NCBI RefSeq assembly: GCF_046237625.1
Contig: NZ_CP143545.1
Coordinates: forward strand, 2,684,228-2,708,227
Direction: 5' to 3'
Origin: Paraperibacillus esterisolvens
GTDB taxonomy: Bacteria; Bacillota; Bacilli; Bacillales; DSM-1321
Length of the DNA stretch: 24,000 bases
The position numbers and the translations under genes were made by a program. Below the pieces are notes generated by a model. The model did not search any database. It was given only the letters and a program-made list of their open reading frames with translations, and was not told the DNA's origin. Below, in pieces: positions 7,332 through 16,494 of this stretch; the stretch's first letter is position 1; every line of letters starts with the position of its first letter.

Positions 7332-7943
7332 TTGTCATTCAATTATCCTAATGGCCGTAAATACACGGCTCCGGCGGCAGGCGCGGCCGCTGCGCCTGTG
7401 AAGAAGATGAATTACAGCAACAGGGGTATGACTCTGGAGGAGGACATCAATGCCTCAAATGAATATTATCTGGCCAGGGATATTGCGGTCGTACATAAAA
7501 AGCCGACACCTGTACAGATTGTGGATGTTCATTACCCAAAACGAAGCGCGGCTGTCATAAAGGAAGCTTATTTTAAACAAGCCTCCACAACTGATTTCAA
7601 TGGTGTTTATAGGGGCAGGTATATTGACTTTGAAGCAAAGGAAACACAAAATGCCTCTTCCTTTCCTTTAAAGAACTTTCACCAGCACCAAATTGATCAT
7701 ATGAAATCAGTATTGCAGCAGGGTGCACTCGCCTTTATCATTCTCCGTTTCTCAGGAACAGATGAGATTTTTTTAATGAAGGCAGAAGATCTCCTGTCGT
7801 TTTGGGACAGAATGGCTGATGGAGGCAGAAAATCTATTGCAAAGCATGAAGTGGAAGCATGTTCCTCCAGGATACCGCTTGGTTTTCAGCCGCGGATTGA
7901 CTATATTAAAATAATAGACCAGCTATATGCACCATACTTTTAG
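7332..7943 (+). CDS. recU: Holliday junction resolvase RecU, 203 aa
   Basis: This is a track ORF with a TTG start after an AAGGAGGGG SD. There is near-identical sequence to remembered B. subtilis RecU: YSNRGMTLEEDIN...VHKKPTPVQIVDVHYPKRSAAVIKEAYFKQASTTDFNGVYRGRYIDFEAKET. Confidence 0.95.
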   Translation: MSFNYPNGRKYTAPAAGAAAAPVKKMNYSNRGMTLEEDINASNEYYLARDIAVVHKKPTPVQIVDVHYPKRSAAVIKEAYFKQASTTDFNGVYRGRYIDFEAKETQNASSFPLKNFHQHQIDHMKSVLQQGALAFIILRFSGTDEIFLMKAEDLLSFWDRMADGGRKSIAKHEVEACSSRIPLGFQPRIDYIKIIDQLYAPYF

Positions 7944-7978
7944 TTTTTATGGGTTATTACGAAAGGCAGGTAGCTTGA

Positions 7979-10816
7979 ATGGCTCAAGATTATAAAACAA
8001 GAGAAGAGCGCCGCAGACAGCAGCAGGCTCATTCTAAAAATAAAGGAAAAAGTAAAGGAAAAAAAACAGGGAAGAGATCTTCCTCCCTGTTTAAAAGGAT
8101 AGCACTTCTTGTCATCGCACTGGGCGTCGCACTCATGGTACTTGGCGGGGCGGTGTTCGCTTATTACGCAGCAACCGCACCAAAGCTGAGTGAAGGAATG
8201 CTTAAAGATCCAGTTGCATCCAAGATCTATGATAAGAATAAAAAGTTGATAGATGAAGTCGGCAAAGAGAACAGAGAATTTGTACCTTATAATGAAATAC
8301 CTAAAGAAGTGGTTGATGCCACAATTGCAACAGAGGATGCCCGCTTCTTTGAGCATCACGGTGTCGACTTCCGCCGCCTTGGAGGGGCGGTAGTTGCGAA
8401 TGTTACCAGCGGTTTCGGATCACAGGGTGCAAGTACCATCACCCAGCAGCTCGTCAAAAGATCCTTCCTGACACCTGAAAAAACCATTAAGCGTAAAGCA
8501 CAAGAGCTTTGGATCTCGCTTCAAATCGAACGGGAATATACAAAAGAGCAGATTTTTGAAATGTATGTGAATAAGATTTACTACGGCCCGCGGGCTAATG
8601 GCATTGCTACAGCTGCAAAAAAATACTTTAATAAGCCATTAGATAAGCTGACACTTCCGGAAACAGCCACCCTGGTCGGCCTCCCTCAAAGCCCGTCCTA
8701 TTATGATCCCTTTAACCATCCGGACAGGGCTGAAAAGAGAAGGAATGTCGTTCTCACACTGATGGAGCGGCACGGCTTCATTACCAAGGAAGAAAGGGAT
8801 AAAGCCAAGGCAGTACCTTTAAAGGGGTTATTAGTGAAAGAATCCCAAAGAGGAGAAAAAAACACTGAACCTTACAATGCTTATATCGACCGGGTTATTG
8901 ATGAAGTGGAAGCCATGGGAGATTATAATGTTTATACGGACGGACTGGAAATATACACGGCCATGGATAAAGATGCCCAGGAGCATGTGTATGAAATGAT
9001 GTCCTCTGACCGCTTCAGTTTCCCTGATGAAAAGCTCCAGGCAGGCGTTACCCTTCTGGATACTAAAAGCGGGGAAATCCGTGCACTTGGCGGCGGCAGG
9101 AATATCAAGGGCGAAAGAACCTTCAATTATGCCACAGATATCCGCAGGTCGCCAGGGTCAACCATCAAGCCGATTGTCGACTATGGCCCGGCCATCGAGC
9201 ACCTGAACTGGTCTACGTATCAGCAGATTGTAGATGAACCATATAAATATTCAGACGGGACTCCAATCAATAATTATAACAAGCAATACCGCGGCCAGAT
9301 GTCGATCCGCGAAGCACTCGCCCGCTCCCTGAACATTCCGGCATTAAAGGCGTTTCAGGCTGTCGGGGACGATAAGGCCTATGAATTCTCGGATAAGCTC
9401 GGACTGAAGCTCGATAAGGATAACTTCTATGAATCAGCGTCCATCGGTGGTATCCGCCCGGGTGTGTCTCCCCTGCAAATCGCTGGTGCGTACAGTGCGT
9501 TTGGGAATAACGGAATTTATAATAAGCCCCATGCCGTTACCAAAATTGTAGTCGGAGGTACGGAAATCAAGACGGCTCCCGAGCCTAAAGTGGCCATGAA
9601 GGAAAGCACTGCGTTCATGGTAACGGACATGCTGAAGAGTGTGGTAAAGGATTCCTATGGAACAGGCCAGCGTGCCAATGTTTCCGGACTTCCGATGGCC
9701 GGCAAGACCGGGACCACAAATTATACAGAAGATGAGCGGATGAAATGGAATATTCCATCCAGTGCAGTAATGGATGCCTGGTTTGCAGGCTATTCAACGA
9801 ATTATACAGCTGCCATCTGGACCGGATATGATAAAAAGAGCAATTATATCCCTCAGGAGAACGAGTACCAGAAGATTTCACAGAAAATGTTCAGTGATTT
9901 GATGTCATATGTATCACAAAATAAGGAAACACCTGATTTCAAAAAACCCAAGAGCGTTGTCGAACTGGGAATAGAAAGAGGTTCTAACCCTCCTAAGCTC
10001 CCAAGTGACTATACGCCAAAGAGCAATATCATTTATGAATACTTTGTAAGAGGCCACGAACCGACAGAAGTATCCCACGAGTTCGAACAGCCGAACGGTC
10101 CAGAAGGACTCAAAGCCGATTTCGATCCGGATACGAACAAAATAGCGTTATCATGGTCTTATAACAGCGATGGTGACAAGAAGCCTCAATTTGAGGTGAA
10201 GGTCTCACTGAATGACGGAGCCGAATCTGTACTTACAGTTACAGGCGAAACGGCGCTGGAAATCCAGAATCCGCAGCCTGGCGGGAAATATCGGTTCACT
10301 GTAACTGCACTCATAGATGACAGCCGAAGTGAGGCTGCCAGCACTTCCATTGAAATACCGGAAGCCGAAGAAGAACCGGCCAAGCCAGAGGAAGGAACAG
10401 ATAATCCTGGCAATAATCCTGACGATAAGCCCGGAAACAATGGAAACGGCAATGGAAACGGCAATGGCAATGGCAATGGAAATGGTCAAGGTGAAGGTGA
10501 AGGCGGCCAAGGCGGCAATGACGGAGGTACTGGCGGTGAAGGCGGAAATGGGAATCAGGATGGAGGCTCTGATGGCACAGATGGGGAAAATCCGGGTGGA
10601 CAACAGCCCGGGGACAACCCGGACAATCCATCTGATCCCGGCACAGAGCCAGGGACAGAGCCTGGGACAGAGCCTGGGACAGATGAGGGAAATCCAGGCT
10701 CCACTGACGATGGCAGCAAGCCAGCGAATCAGCAGCAAACCAGGAGAAACAGCTCTTCTGCTGAACCTGGATCACGCCCCAGCCAGTCGCTTGATAAATT
10801 TATAAATGGCGAATGA
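7979..10816 (+). CDS. ponA: Bifunctional class A penicillin-binding protein PBP1 (glycosyltransferase/transpeptidase), 945 aa
   Basis: This is a track ORF. It has an N-terminal basic segment plus a TM helix. GT51 motifs are present (ATEDARFFEHHG, GASTITQQLVK, RKAQELWISLQIE). Transpeptidase motifs are present (SPGSTIKP, KTGTTN). An FN3-like module follows (LKADFDPDTNKIALSWSY...YRFTVTAL), then a G/N/E/P/D-rich tail. It lies downstream of recU as in B. subtilis. Confidence 0.95.
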   Translation: MAQDYKTREERRRQQQAHSKNKGKSKGKKTGKRSSSLFKRIALLVIALGVALMVLGGAVFAYYAATAPKLSEGMLKDPVASKIYDKNKKLIDEVGKENREFVPYNEIPKEVVDATIATEDARFFEHHGVDFRRLGGAVVANVTSGFGSQGASTITQQLVKRSFLTPEKTIKRKAQELWISLQIEREYTKEQIFEMYVNKIYYGPRANGIATAAKKYFNKPLDKLTLPETATLVGLPQSPSYYDPFNHPDRAEKRRNVVLTLMERHGFITKEERDKAKAVPLKGLLVKESQRGEKNTEPYNAYIDRVIDEVEAMGDYNVYTDGLEIYTAMDKDAQEHVYEMMSSDRFSFPDEKLQAGVTLLDTKSGEIRALGGGRNIKGERTFNYATDIRRSPGSTIKPIVDYGPAIEHLNWSTYQQIVDEPYKYSDGTPINNYNKQYRGQMSIREALARSLNIPALKAFQAVGDDKAYEFSDKLGLKLDKDNFYESASIGGIRPGVSPLQIAGAYSAFGNNGIYNKPHAVTKIVVGGTEIKTAPEPKVAMKESTAFMVTDMLKSVVKDSYGTGQRANVSGLPMAGKTGTTNYTEDERMKWNIPSSAVMDAWFAGYSTNYTAAIWTGYDKKSNYIPQENEYQKISQKMFSDLMSYVSQNKETPDFKKPKSVVELGIERGSNPPKLPSDYTPKSNIIYEYFVRGHEPTEVSHEFEQPNGPEGLKADFDPDTNKIALSWSYNSDGDKKPQFEVKVSLNDGAESVLTVTGETALEIQNPQPGGKYRFTVTALIDDSRSEAASTSIEIPEAEEEPAKPEEGTDNPGNNPDDKPGNNGNGNGNGNGNGNGNGQGEGEGGQGGNDGGTGGEGGNGNQDGGSDGTDGENPGGQQPGDNPDNPSDPGTEPGTEPGTEPGTDEGNPGSTDDGSKPANQQQTRRNSSSAEPGSRPSQSLDKFINGE
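10439..10486 (+). repeat. In-frame hexanucleotide tandem repeat (AAY GGN) x8 encoding (NG)8 in the PonA tail
   Basis: Read directly: aat gga aac ggc aat gga aac ggc aat ggc aat ggc aat gga aat ggt. It is followed by caa ggt gaa ggt gaa ggc. Confidence 0.9.
10640..10684 (+). repeat. In-frame 12-bp tandem repeat (GGSACAGAGCCW) x3.75 encoding (GTEP)3GTD in the PonA tail
   Basis: Read directly: ggcacagagcca gggacagagcct gggacagagcct gggacagat. Confidence 0.9.
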
Positions 10817-10818
10817 GA

Positions 10819-10857
10819 TAAAAAAACGTTTAAGCCCAGTGCTTAAACGTTTTTTTT
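10819..10857. terminator. Bidirectional intrinsic terminator shared by ponA (plus) and ypoC (minus)
   Basis: An A7 run is followed by the stem acgtttaagc / gcttaaacgt with loop ccagt, then a T7 run. The ypoC stop codon (10843-10845) and its last codons lie inside the 3' arm. Confidence 0.85.
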
Positions 10858-11364
10858 CATAACCTGCCTTTTATAATAAATCTTTTCTGTTTCAATGAAC
10901 AAACTATCCAGCTGCTTATAGGCATGATAGGAATACGGCCTCATCATGATAAATTGGATGCGCTCTGCTGCGTTTATCGGCAAGGCAGAAAAGGAAATCA
11001 GTTTCTCTTCCCACCCTTGAATTGTTACCGGTTTTGAATGCATCCAAAATAGGCAGGAAAATAACAGTGAAAGCCCCGTCGGCATGGATTCGGCCGAGCC
11101 TCCCCTGCTTCCTCCGGAATAATGAGCTGCAATGCGGCTCCTCAAATCTTTCCAGATCTGAAGGACGTCCCGTACATGTTCTTTCTGAGTCCAGGGCTTA
11201 TAGGAAATCAATCCATTATATAAACAGACTTCATATGGGAAGTGGTGCTTCAAAAGGAGTTCAGGAACCCAAATATTAGATTCTTCTTCTATAAGAATGA
11301 GCTGTTTCTCTTGAAACAGCTCATTCTTCATATGCTGGGGATTGTCCAGTTCAAGCAAACTCAC
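10843..11364 (-). CDS. ypoC: YpoC family protein (uncharacterised, conserved downstream of nth)
   Basis: The track ORF is 10843..11406 (TTG start, no SD, 46-nt overlap with nth). More plausible starts are GTG 11364 (a GTGA overlap with the nth stop), TTG 11358 (GAAGG 10 nt upstream) or ATG 11331. Position between nth and ponA and the FPYE...YKPW region match my recollection of B. subtilis YpoC (about 164 aa). The exact start is unresolved. Confidence 0.7.
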   Translation of the reverse strand: MSLLELDNPQHMKNELFQEKQLILIEEESNIWVPELLLKHHFPYEVCLYNGLISYKPWTQKEHVRDVLQIWKDLRSRIAAHYSGGSRGGSAESMPTGLSLLFSCLFWMHSKPVTIQGWEEKLISFSALPINAAERIQFIMMRPYSYHAYKQLDSLFIETEKIYYKRQVMKKNV

Positions 11365-12017
11365 AGCGCCTTCACTCTCTTCATCCGTTTTTTCCCCTCC
11401 CTGCAAAGCTCAAGGAGCGGACATTTCTCACATTGCGGCGATTGCGCTTTACAATGATACCTGCCGAAAAAGATCAGCCTGTGATGGGTTTCTCCCCATT
11501 TTTCCTTGGGAACTTTCCTCATCAATGTATGCTCTACCTCAAGTACGCTGTCCTTCCAGCGGGAGATACCGAGCCTCTTGGACACCCTTTCCACATGTGT
11601 GTCCACAGCAATCGCCGGGACTCCAAATGCAACATTGACCACAACGTTTGCGGTCTTCCTCCCAACTCCGGGGAACTTGGTAAGTTCATCACGGTCAGCC
11701 GGCAGCTCACCCCCGTATTCATCCAGCAGGAGGCGGCACAGATTTTGTATATTCTTCGCTTTATTTCGATATAGCCCAATAGATTTAATATCCTGTTGAA
11801 GTTCTTCAATCGGCACCTGCAAATAATCTTCGGGAGTCTTATATTTTTCAAACAGGCTTTTTGTCACTCTATTGACCAGGGCATCCGTACACTGTGCAGA
11901 AAGTGCTACAGCAATGACGAGCTCAAAAGGATTAGAGTGATGAAGCTCACAATGTGCGTCAGGGAACATTTCCCCGATGGTTTCGAGACAGTAATTGATT
12001 TGTGTTTGGTTTAGCAT
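11361..12017 (-). CDS. nth: Endonuclease III (DNA-(apurinic or apyrimidinic site) lyase / glycosylase), 218 aa
   Basis: This is a track ORF. It contains the HhH-GPD motif LPGVGRKTANVV, the catalytic region VDTHVERVSKRLG, and the C-terminal 4Fe-4S cluster CKAQSPQCEKCPLLELC. It is close to remembered B. subtilis Nth. Confidence 0.95.
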   Translation of the reverse strand: MLNQTQINYCLETIGEMFPDAHCELHHSNPFELVIAVALSAQCTDALVNRVTKSLFEKYKTPEDYLQVPIEELQQDIKSIGLYRNKAKNIQNLCRLLLDEYGGELPADRDELTKFPGVGRKTANVVVNVAFGVPAIAVDTHVERVSKRLGISRWKDSVLEVEHTLMRKVPKEKWGETHHRLIFFGRYHCKAQSPQCEKCPLLELCREGKKRMKRVKAL

Positions 12018-12061
12018 ATGGTACAGCTCCTCCGCAATGGGCTAATCAGCAGTTGCCCGCT

Positions 12062-12760
12062 TTATTGTTCAAGCCAATTAAAGAACGGGACACTCCTGTT
12101 CGCTCCGACAGCATCCTGTTTCCTTTCGCGCTTGCTGCTATTGTTCATGCGGAATTTCTGTCCGTAGGTTTTAGCCTGCTGAGGCGTTTGGATGCCATTT
12201 TTCTTCCACTCGAAGAGAATTCTGTCTATGTATCGGAAATTAAGCTTGCCGGAAATAACCGCTTCCTTCAGGGCTGCTTTCACTAAAGGATAATGGTGGT
12301 CATCCTCCATCCACATTGCCAGTGTCTCGCACTCAAACGGGGACAGCGGCCTGCCGAATTCCTTTTCAAAGACCGTATATAAACTTTCATCCTCCTCAGG
12401 AGGAGTAACAGGTGCGTTCGAATTCTTCATATAAAAATCAATCAGTTTTTCATGCAGCGGCTCCAATGAATACATCTCAAATAGGACGCTGTCCTCTCTG
12501 TATTCCTCCATGATCTGCAGATAACCTTTTTGAATCAATCTTCTCAAATGGCTTGAGCAATCCGAGCTGTCCAGTGTCATCCGGTCCGAAATCTGGTCCG
12601 GTGTAGGAAAGGCATTTCCTTTTTCGGAAAAGTGCTGGATTTGCAGCAATATAATTAACTCGTTCTCATTCAAACCCATTTCTTTGTAATGGGACAAAAG
12701 AAAAGAAGGAATTGTGATGTTGCCTTCCTTCATCCAAGCAAGTAATTTTTCTCTTAACAT
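12062..12760 (-). CDS. dnaD: DNA replication initiation / primosome protein DnaD, 232 aa
   Basis: The track ORF starts at GTG 12772, which lies inside the SD. The ATG at 12760 has GAGGTG 9 nt upstream and gives 232 aa, the B. subtilis DnaD length. Conserved stretches include SLYTVFEKEFGRPLSPFECETLAMW and SGKLNFRYIDRILFEWKKNG, and the C-terminal VPFFNWLEQ. Confidence 0.92.
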   Translation of the reverse strand: MLREKLLAWMKEGNITIPSFLLSHYKEMGLNENELIILLQIQHFSEKGNAFPTPDQISDRMTLDSSDCSSHLRRLIQKGYLQIMEEYREDSVLFEMYSLEPLHEKLIDFYMKNSNAPVTPPEEDESLYTVFEKEFGRPLSPFECETLAMWMEDDHHYPLVKAALKEAVISGKLNFRYIDRILFEWKKNGIQTPQQAKTYGQKFRMNNSSKRERKQDAVGANRSVPFFNWLEQ

Positions 12761-12781
12761 ATCATCTGACACCTCATTCTA

Positions 12782-12790
12782 AGTATACCA
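12782..12790 (-). promoter_or_regulatory. Possible extended -10 element (TGgTATACT) for dnaD
   Basis: The minus strand reads catggtatacttag about 20-30 nt upstream of the dnaD start. No good -35 element sits at 17 nt. Confidence 0.3.
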
Positions 12791-12905
12791 TGAAAGATCA
12801 GCCATCCTGACAAAAATACTCCAGGGTAAAAATTACATGTAATGAGGTATTCTATCCACTTCTGTAATCACTGGCTGCCAGCATCCGCTGAGGGAGAAAA
12901 AAGAA

Positions 12906-12935
12906 AAGCCCGAACACGAGCTTTTCTTCAGGTTA
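12906..12935 (-). terminator. Intrinsic terminator of asnS
   Basis: The minus strand reads gaaaagc-tcgtgttcgg-gcttttc followed by TTTTTT. It starts about 15 nt after the asnS stop. Confidence 0.75.
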
Positions 12936-12949
12936 TTCAAAGCTGTCCA

Positions 12950-14242
12950 TCATGGATACAGGCGGTTCAATAGGCGGGGGAATGGTATGGACTCCCTTAC
13001 ATGCTCAACACCGCTGATCCAGGCAACCGTCCTCTCAAGACCGAGGCCGAAACCGGAGTGAGGAACCGAGCCATATTGCCTTAGTTCCAGATACCAGGCG
13101 TAAGCATCCATGCTCAGACCATGCTCTTCAATCCTTTTCTTAAGCAGCTCATAATCATGGATACGCTGTGACCCGCCGATGATTTCTCCGTATCCTTCCG
13201 GAGCGATTAAATCTGCACACAGCACGACGTCCTCACGGTCAGGGGCAGGCTGCATATAGAATGGTTTGATACCGGTCGGATAATGAGTGATGAACACCGG
13301 TTTATCATAGCTTTCCGCAATTGCCGTCTCGTGGGGTGCACCGAAGTCATCCCCCCACTCGATATCATCAAAGCCCTTTTCATGAAGGAATTTGATGGCA
13401 TCATCATAAGAGATCCTTGGGAACGGCGCCTTGATGTTTTCAAGCTTAGTTGTATCGCGCCCCAGGGTATGAAGCTGGATTTTACAATTTTCAAGTACAG
13501 ATTGCACGATATGTGATACATACAGCTCCTGAACTTCCAGGTTATCATTGAAATCGTAGAAAGCCATTTCGGGCTCGATCATCCAGAATTCGATCAGATG
13601 ACGTCTTGTTTTTGATTTTTCAGCCCGGAAGGTAGGTCCGAAGGAAAATACTTTCCCAAGTGCCATCGCGGCAGCTTCCATATACAGCTGTCCGCTCTGT
13701 GAAAGATAGGCATCCTCCTCGAAGTACTTGGTTGCAAATAGTTCAGATGTTCCTTCCGGTGCACTTCCTGTCAATATCGGGGGATCTACCTTTGAAAATC
13801 CATGATCGTTAAAAAACTCATAAGTGGCCCGGATAATTTCATTTCTGATCTGCATGACGGCATGCTGCCTCTTTGACCGGAGCCATAAATGGCGGTTATC
13901 CATCAGGAATTCAGTTCCGTGCGCCTTTGGCGTAATCGGGTAATCCTTGGACTCGTGGATCACTTCCACATCCTTCACCACAAGCTCATAGCCGAATGGT
14001 GAGCGCTCGTCCCTCTGGACTGTGCCTGTTACATAGATGGAAGATTCCTGGGTCAGGGCTTTTGCCTTGGCAAACACTTCTTCCCCTACATCCTCCTTCA
14101 CTACAACTCCCTGAATGAAGCCGCTCCCGTCCCGGATCTGCAAGAATGCAATCTTTCCGCTGGATCTTTTATTTGCCAGCCAGCCGCCAATTTTAACTTC
14201 TTCACCTGTATGTTTATGGACTTCTTTAATCATTGTTTTCAC
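12950..14242 (-). CDS. asnS: Asparagine--tRNA ligase, 430 aa
   Basis: The track ORF is extended to 14281. The GTG at 14242 is preceded by GGAGGG 11 nt upstream and gives [47 protein letters not shown]. That parallels the remembered B. subtilis AsnS N-terminus and its length of 430 aa. Class II motifs are present ([22 protein letters not shown]). Confidence 0.93.
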   Translation of the reverse strand: MKTMIKEVHKHTGEEVKIGGWLANKRSSGKIAFLQIRDGSGFIQGVVVKEDVGEEVFAKAKALTQESSIYVTGTVQRDERSPFGYELVVKDVEVIHESKDYPITPKAHGTEFLMDNRHLWLRSKRQHAVMQIRNEIIRATYEFFNDHGFSKVDPPILTGSAPEGTSELFATKYFEEDAYLSQSGQLYMEAAAMALGKVFSFGPTFRAEKSKTRRHLIEFWMIEPEMAFYDFNDNLEVQELYVSHIVQSVLENCKIQLHTLGRDTTKLENIKAPFPRISYDDAIKFLHEKGFDDIEWGDDFGAPHETAIAESYDKPVFITHYPTGIKPFYMQPAPDREDVVLCADLIAPEGYGEIIGGSQRIHDYELLKKRIEEHGLSMDAYAWYLELRQYGSVPHSGFGLGLERTVAWISGVEHVRESIPFPRLLNRLYP

Positions 14243-14292
14243 GTGTATATATTCCCTCCAAAATACTGCACAAACTGACATTTATATATCCC

Positions 14293-14321
14293 ATTATACC
14301 TCTGCCTGTTTTGTGAGGCAA
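14293..14321 (-). promoter_or_regulatory. SigA-type promoter for asnS (TTGCCT - 17 nt - TATAAT)
   Basis: On the minus strand the -35 TTGCCT is at 14321-14316 and the -10 TATAAT is at 14298-14293, with an exact 17-nt spacer. It lies about 50 nt upstream of the GTG start. Confidence 0.55.
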
Positions 14322-14402
14322 TGAGATTCAGGCATGACAGCCTGTACTTTCATATGTTCTATCTTCCATCATTACCCTGTCTTCAGGCTGCTGTGACAAG
14401 GC

Positions 14403-14429
14403 GAGGCTGGCCCGCCTCGGGACAGCCTC
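14403..14429 (-). terminator. GC-rich stem-loop downstream of aspB (possible terminator or attenuating hairpin, no clear U-tract)
   Basis: The minus strand reads GAGGCTG-t-CCCG-agg-CGGG-c-CAGCCTC: 11 bp with one mismatch and a 3-nt loop. It is followed by gccttgtc, so the U-tract is poor. Confidence 0.4.
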
Positions 14430-14452
14430 ATTTCCTGGACGGTCAAAAAAGG

Positions 14453-15634
14453 TCATCTTCCGCCTTTTATAAAGCCGGAAATTCGTGCTATCGCCTTTTC
14501 GAGCTGGTCTTCTGATGTTGCATAGGATAAACGGATGTTGTCAGGCGATCCAAATCCTGATCCCGGTATTACCGCCACCTTCGCCTCTTCAAGCAGCGCT
14601 GCTGCAAATGCATCCACACTCTCAAAGCCCAGATTCTGAGCCGCTTCCTTTACGTTCGGATACAGATAAAAAGCACCCTGCGGCTTAATGCAGCTTACCC
14701 CGGGAATCGCCGTCAGTTTCTCATAAATAGACTCAAGCCGCACCTCAAACGCCTGCCGCATACTCTCCACAGCATCCTGCGGCCCCTCATAAGCTGCAAT
14801 CGCTCCATATTGTGCAGTAGTGGTCGGGTTTGATGTACTGTGGCTTGCCAGATTGGTCATGGCCTTGATGATATCTTTATTGCCGGCTGCATAGCCTATC
14901 CTCCAGCCAGTCATGCTGTGGGATTTTGATACACCATTGATGATCATGGTGCTTTCTTTAAGCTCAGGGGAAATCTCAGCTATTGAAACATGTTGATTTT
15001 CACCGTATATAAGTTTTTCATATATTTCATCAGAGATAATCAAAAGATCATGTTTCAAGCAGATTTCACCGATTGACGAAAGCTCTTCCCTGCTATAGAT
15101 CATGCCGGTGGGATTGCTCGGCGAATTGATGATAATTGCTTTTGTTTTTGAAGTTACCGCCTTTTCAAGCTGTTCCGGGGTAATCTTGAAGCTGCTGCTT
15201 TCATCTGCTTCCACATAAACCGGGATTCCGCCGGCCAGCTTCACCTGCTCAGGATAGCTGACCCAATAAGGAATAGGGATGATGACTTCGTCACCTTCAT
15301 CAAGGATGGCTTGAAACAGAGTATACAGGGCGTGTTTCGCACCTGAGGCTACCATAATCTGCGACAATTCATACTGAAGGTTCTGGTCAGCTCTCAATTT
15401 GTCTGCAATGGCCTGTTTCAATTTGGGCAGCCCGCTTGCGGCAGTGTATTTTGTCTGCCCCTCATTCATGGACCTTACGGCAGCTTCAATGATGTGCTGT
15501 GGTGTATTAAAATCCGGTTCTCCGGCACCAAGCCCTACCACATCAATTCCCTGAGCTTTCAATTCCTTTGCTTTCGCCGTTATGGCAAGCGTAGTGGAAG
15601 GGGTAAGAGCTTCGACTCTTTTTGCTAATTTCAT
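14453..15634 (-). CDS. aspB: Aspartate aminotransferase (PLP-dependent, class I), 393 aa
   Basis: The track ORF starts at TTG 15649, inside the SD. The ATG at 15634 has GGAGGA 7 nt upstream and gives 393 aa, the B. subtilis AspB length. The PLP-lysine motif SKSHSMTGWRIGY and NPSNPTG are present. Confidence 0.93.
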   Translation of the reverse strand: MKLAKRVEALTPSTTLAITAKAKELKAQGIDVVGLGAGEPDFNTPQHIIEAAVRSMNEGQTKYTAASGLPKLKQAIADKLRADQNLQYELSQIMVASGAKHALYTLFQAILDEGDEVIIPIPYWVSYPEQVKLAGGIPVYVEADESSSFKITPEQLEKAVTSKTKAIIINSPSNPTGMIYSREELSSIGEICLKHDLLIISDEIYEKLIYGENQHVSIAEISPELKESTMIINGVSKSHSMTGWRIGYAAGNKDIIKAMTNLASHSTSNPTTTAQYGAIAAYEGPQDAVESMRQAFEVRLESIYEKLTAIPGVSCIKPQGAFYLYPNVKEAAQNLGFESVDAFAAALLEEAKVAVIPGSGFGSPDNIRLSYATSEDQLEKAIARISGFIKGGR

Positions 15635-15649
15635 CCCAACATCCTCCAA

Positions 15650-16123
15650 TCAGATACTCCGGTAATATTTCAGCATATCCCCGGTTTTAAAATCAAAGTA
15701 TTCATAATTGATCTGCTTTGCTTCATTCTGGTAAATCACTTCCCAGAGCGGGACATCATTTTCCATCCCCAGCTTGACTGAAAGTATTTTATCCGGTTTA
15801 CGTTCCCTCCGGACCTGATTTATTACCTGCTGTCTCGTAATGCCGCTGTCGTAATCAGCTTTTATGACATCGCCATTCTTTTCTGACGGTATCCATAAAA
15901 CCTTCCTTTTTCCTGACTTGTCCTTCCCAACTGCCACTGAATAAGATTTAGAGCCATGGTACAGATAATACTCATCCGTTTCTGCCAGCCCTTCCCTTTC
16001 CGCTGCCTGCTCAAGCTCGGCAAATGCCGCCTTCTTGGGTTTTACCGCCTTATGATAGGTAATATAGGTAAACGTGACAACGATGAGCACCGCGATCACT
16101 CCAAAGATCATCCATTTTTTCAT
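15650..16123 (-). CDS. ypmB: YpmB family membrane-anchored protein (PepSY-like / DUF5590), 157 aa
   Basis: This is a track ORF with an N-terminal TM helix (MKKWMIFGVIAVLIVVTFTYI). The position between ypmA and aspB and the size (about 160 aa) match B. subtilis YpmB. Confidence 0.8.
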   Translation of the reverse strand: MKKWMIFGVIAVLIVVTFTYITYHKAVKPKKAAFAELEQAAEREGLAETDEYYLYHGSKSYSVAVGKDKSGKRKVLWIPSEKNGDVIKADYDSGITRQQVINQVRRERKPDKILSVKLGMENDVPLWEVIYQNEAKQINYEYFDFKTGDMLKYYRSI

Positions 16124-16138
16124 ATTACAGCCCTTCCA

Positions 16139-16309
16139 TTATGTACGATAAATCGTGAATACTGCTTTTTCTTTATCAGTTTCATCAAGGGCAAGGCCGA
16201 ACATCAGGTCCTTTTCCTTAAGGGTACGGTTGAGTGAATCCACAATTTTATATAAGTCAGGTGAGTTAAGGACTTTGACTGTTGAAATTACTTCTATCTT
16301 GCTCTCCAT
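16139..16309 (-). CDS. ypmA: YpmA family small protein (DUF4264), 56 aa
   Basis: The track ORF starts at TTG 16327. The ATG at 16309 has GGAGGA 7 nt upstream and gives 56 aa, the length I recall for B. subtilis YpmA. It sits in syntenic position downstream of dinG. Confidence 0.75.
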   Translation of the reverse strand: MESKIEVISTVKVLNSPDLYKIVDSLNRTLKEKDLMFGLALDETDKEKAVFTIYRT

Positions 16310-16391
16310 TTTCGATTCCTCCAGCAAATGTTAATTCATATTGACCATCATGATGGCCATACTAAACATACAGTAAAGATTTACACAGTTC

Positions 16392-16400
16392 ATTATATCA
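16392..16400 (-). promoter_or_regulatory. Possible extended -10 promoter (TGaTATAAT) for ypmA-ypmB-aspB
   Basis: The minus strand reads ctgatataatgaac about 85 nt upstream of the ypmA start. There is no convincing -35 element. Confidence 0.4.
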
Positions 16401-16494
16401 GTAATGAGTTAGCTTGGGGCATAATTTCATGCGAATACTGGCGAGCCCCGGGTACAAAATCTTTATAAATACCTTCTAGTCCCGCCGCACTTTT

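Noticed and set aside
10186-10805. Four overlapping ORFs (96, 177, 154 and 162 aa) on both strands inside the ponA 3' region
   Set aside because: They lie entirely within the repetitive low-complexity tail of ponA. Their translations are repeat read-throughs (PLPFPLPFPL, CPRLCPRLCP, AMETAMETAMAMAMEM), which are frame or strand images of the NG/GTEP repeats. None has an SD.
14243-14452. Possible T-box or other riboswitch leader upstream of asnS
   Set aside because: The gap is only 210 nt. It contains an aspB-proximal hairpin and then a good TTGCCT-17-TATAAT promoter about 50 nt from the start codon. I found no T-box consensus or specifier-loop architecture, and the leader is too short.
3478-16327. 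5'-extended starts in the ORF track: hsp20 3478, yppE 5537, dnaD 12772, asnS 14281, aspB 15649, ypmA 16327 (and birA 22906)
   Set aside because: The extended starts are mostly TTG/GTG codons lying within or upstream of the real SD, and one overlaps the divergent neighbour. Internal starts with canonical GGAGG-type SDs at 7-11 nt give lengths equal to the B. subtilis orthologues: 123, 232, 430, 393 and 56 aa.
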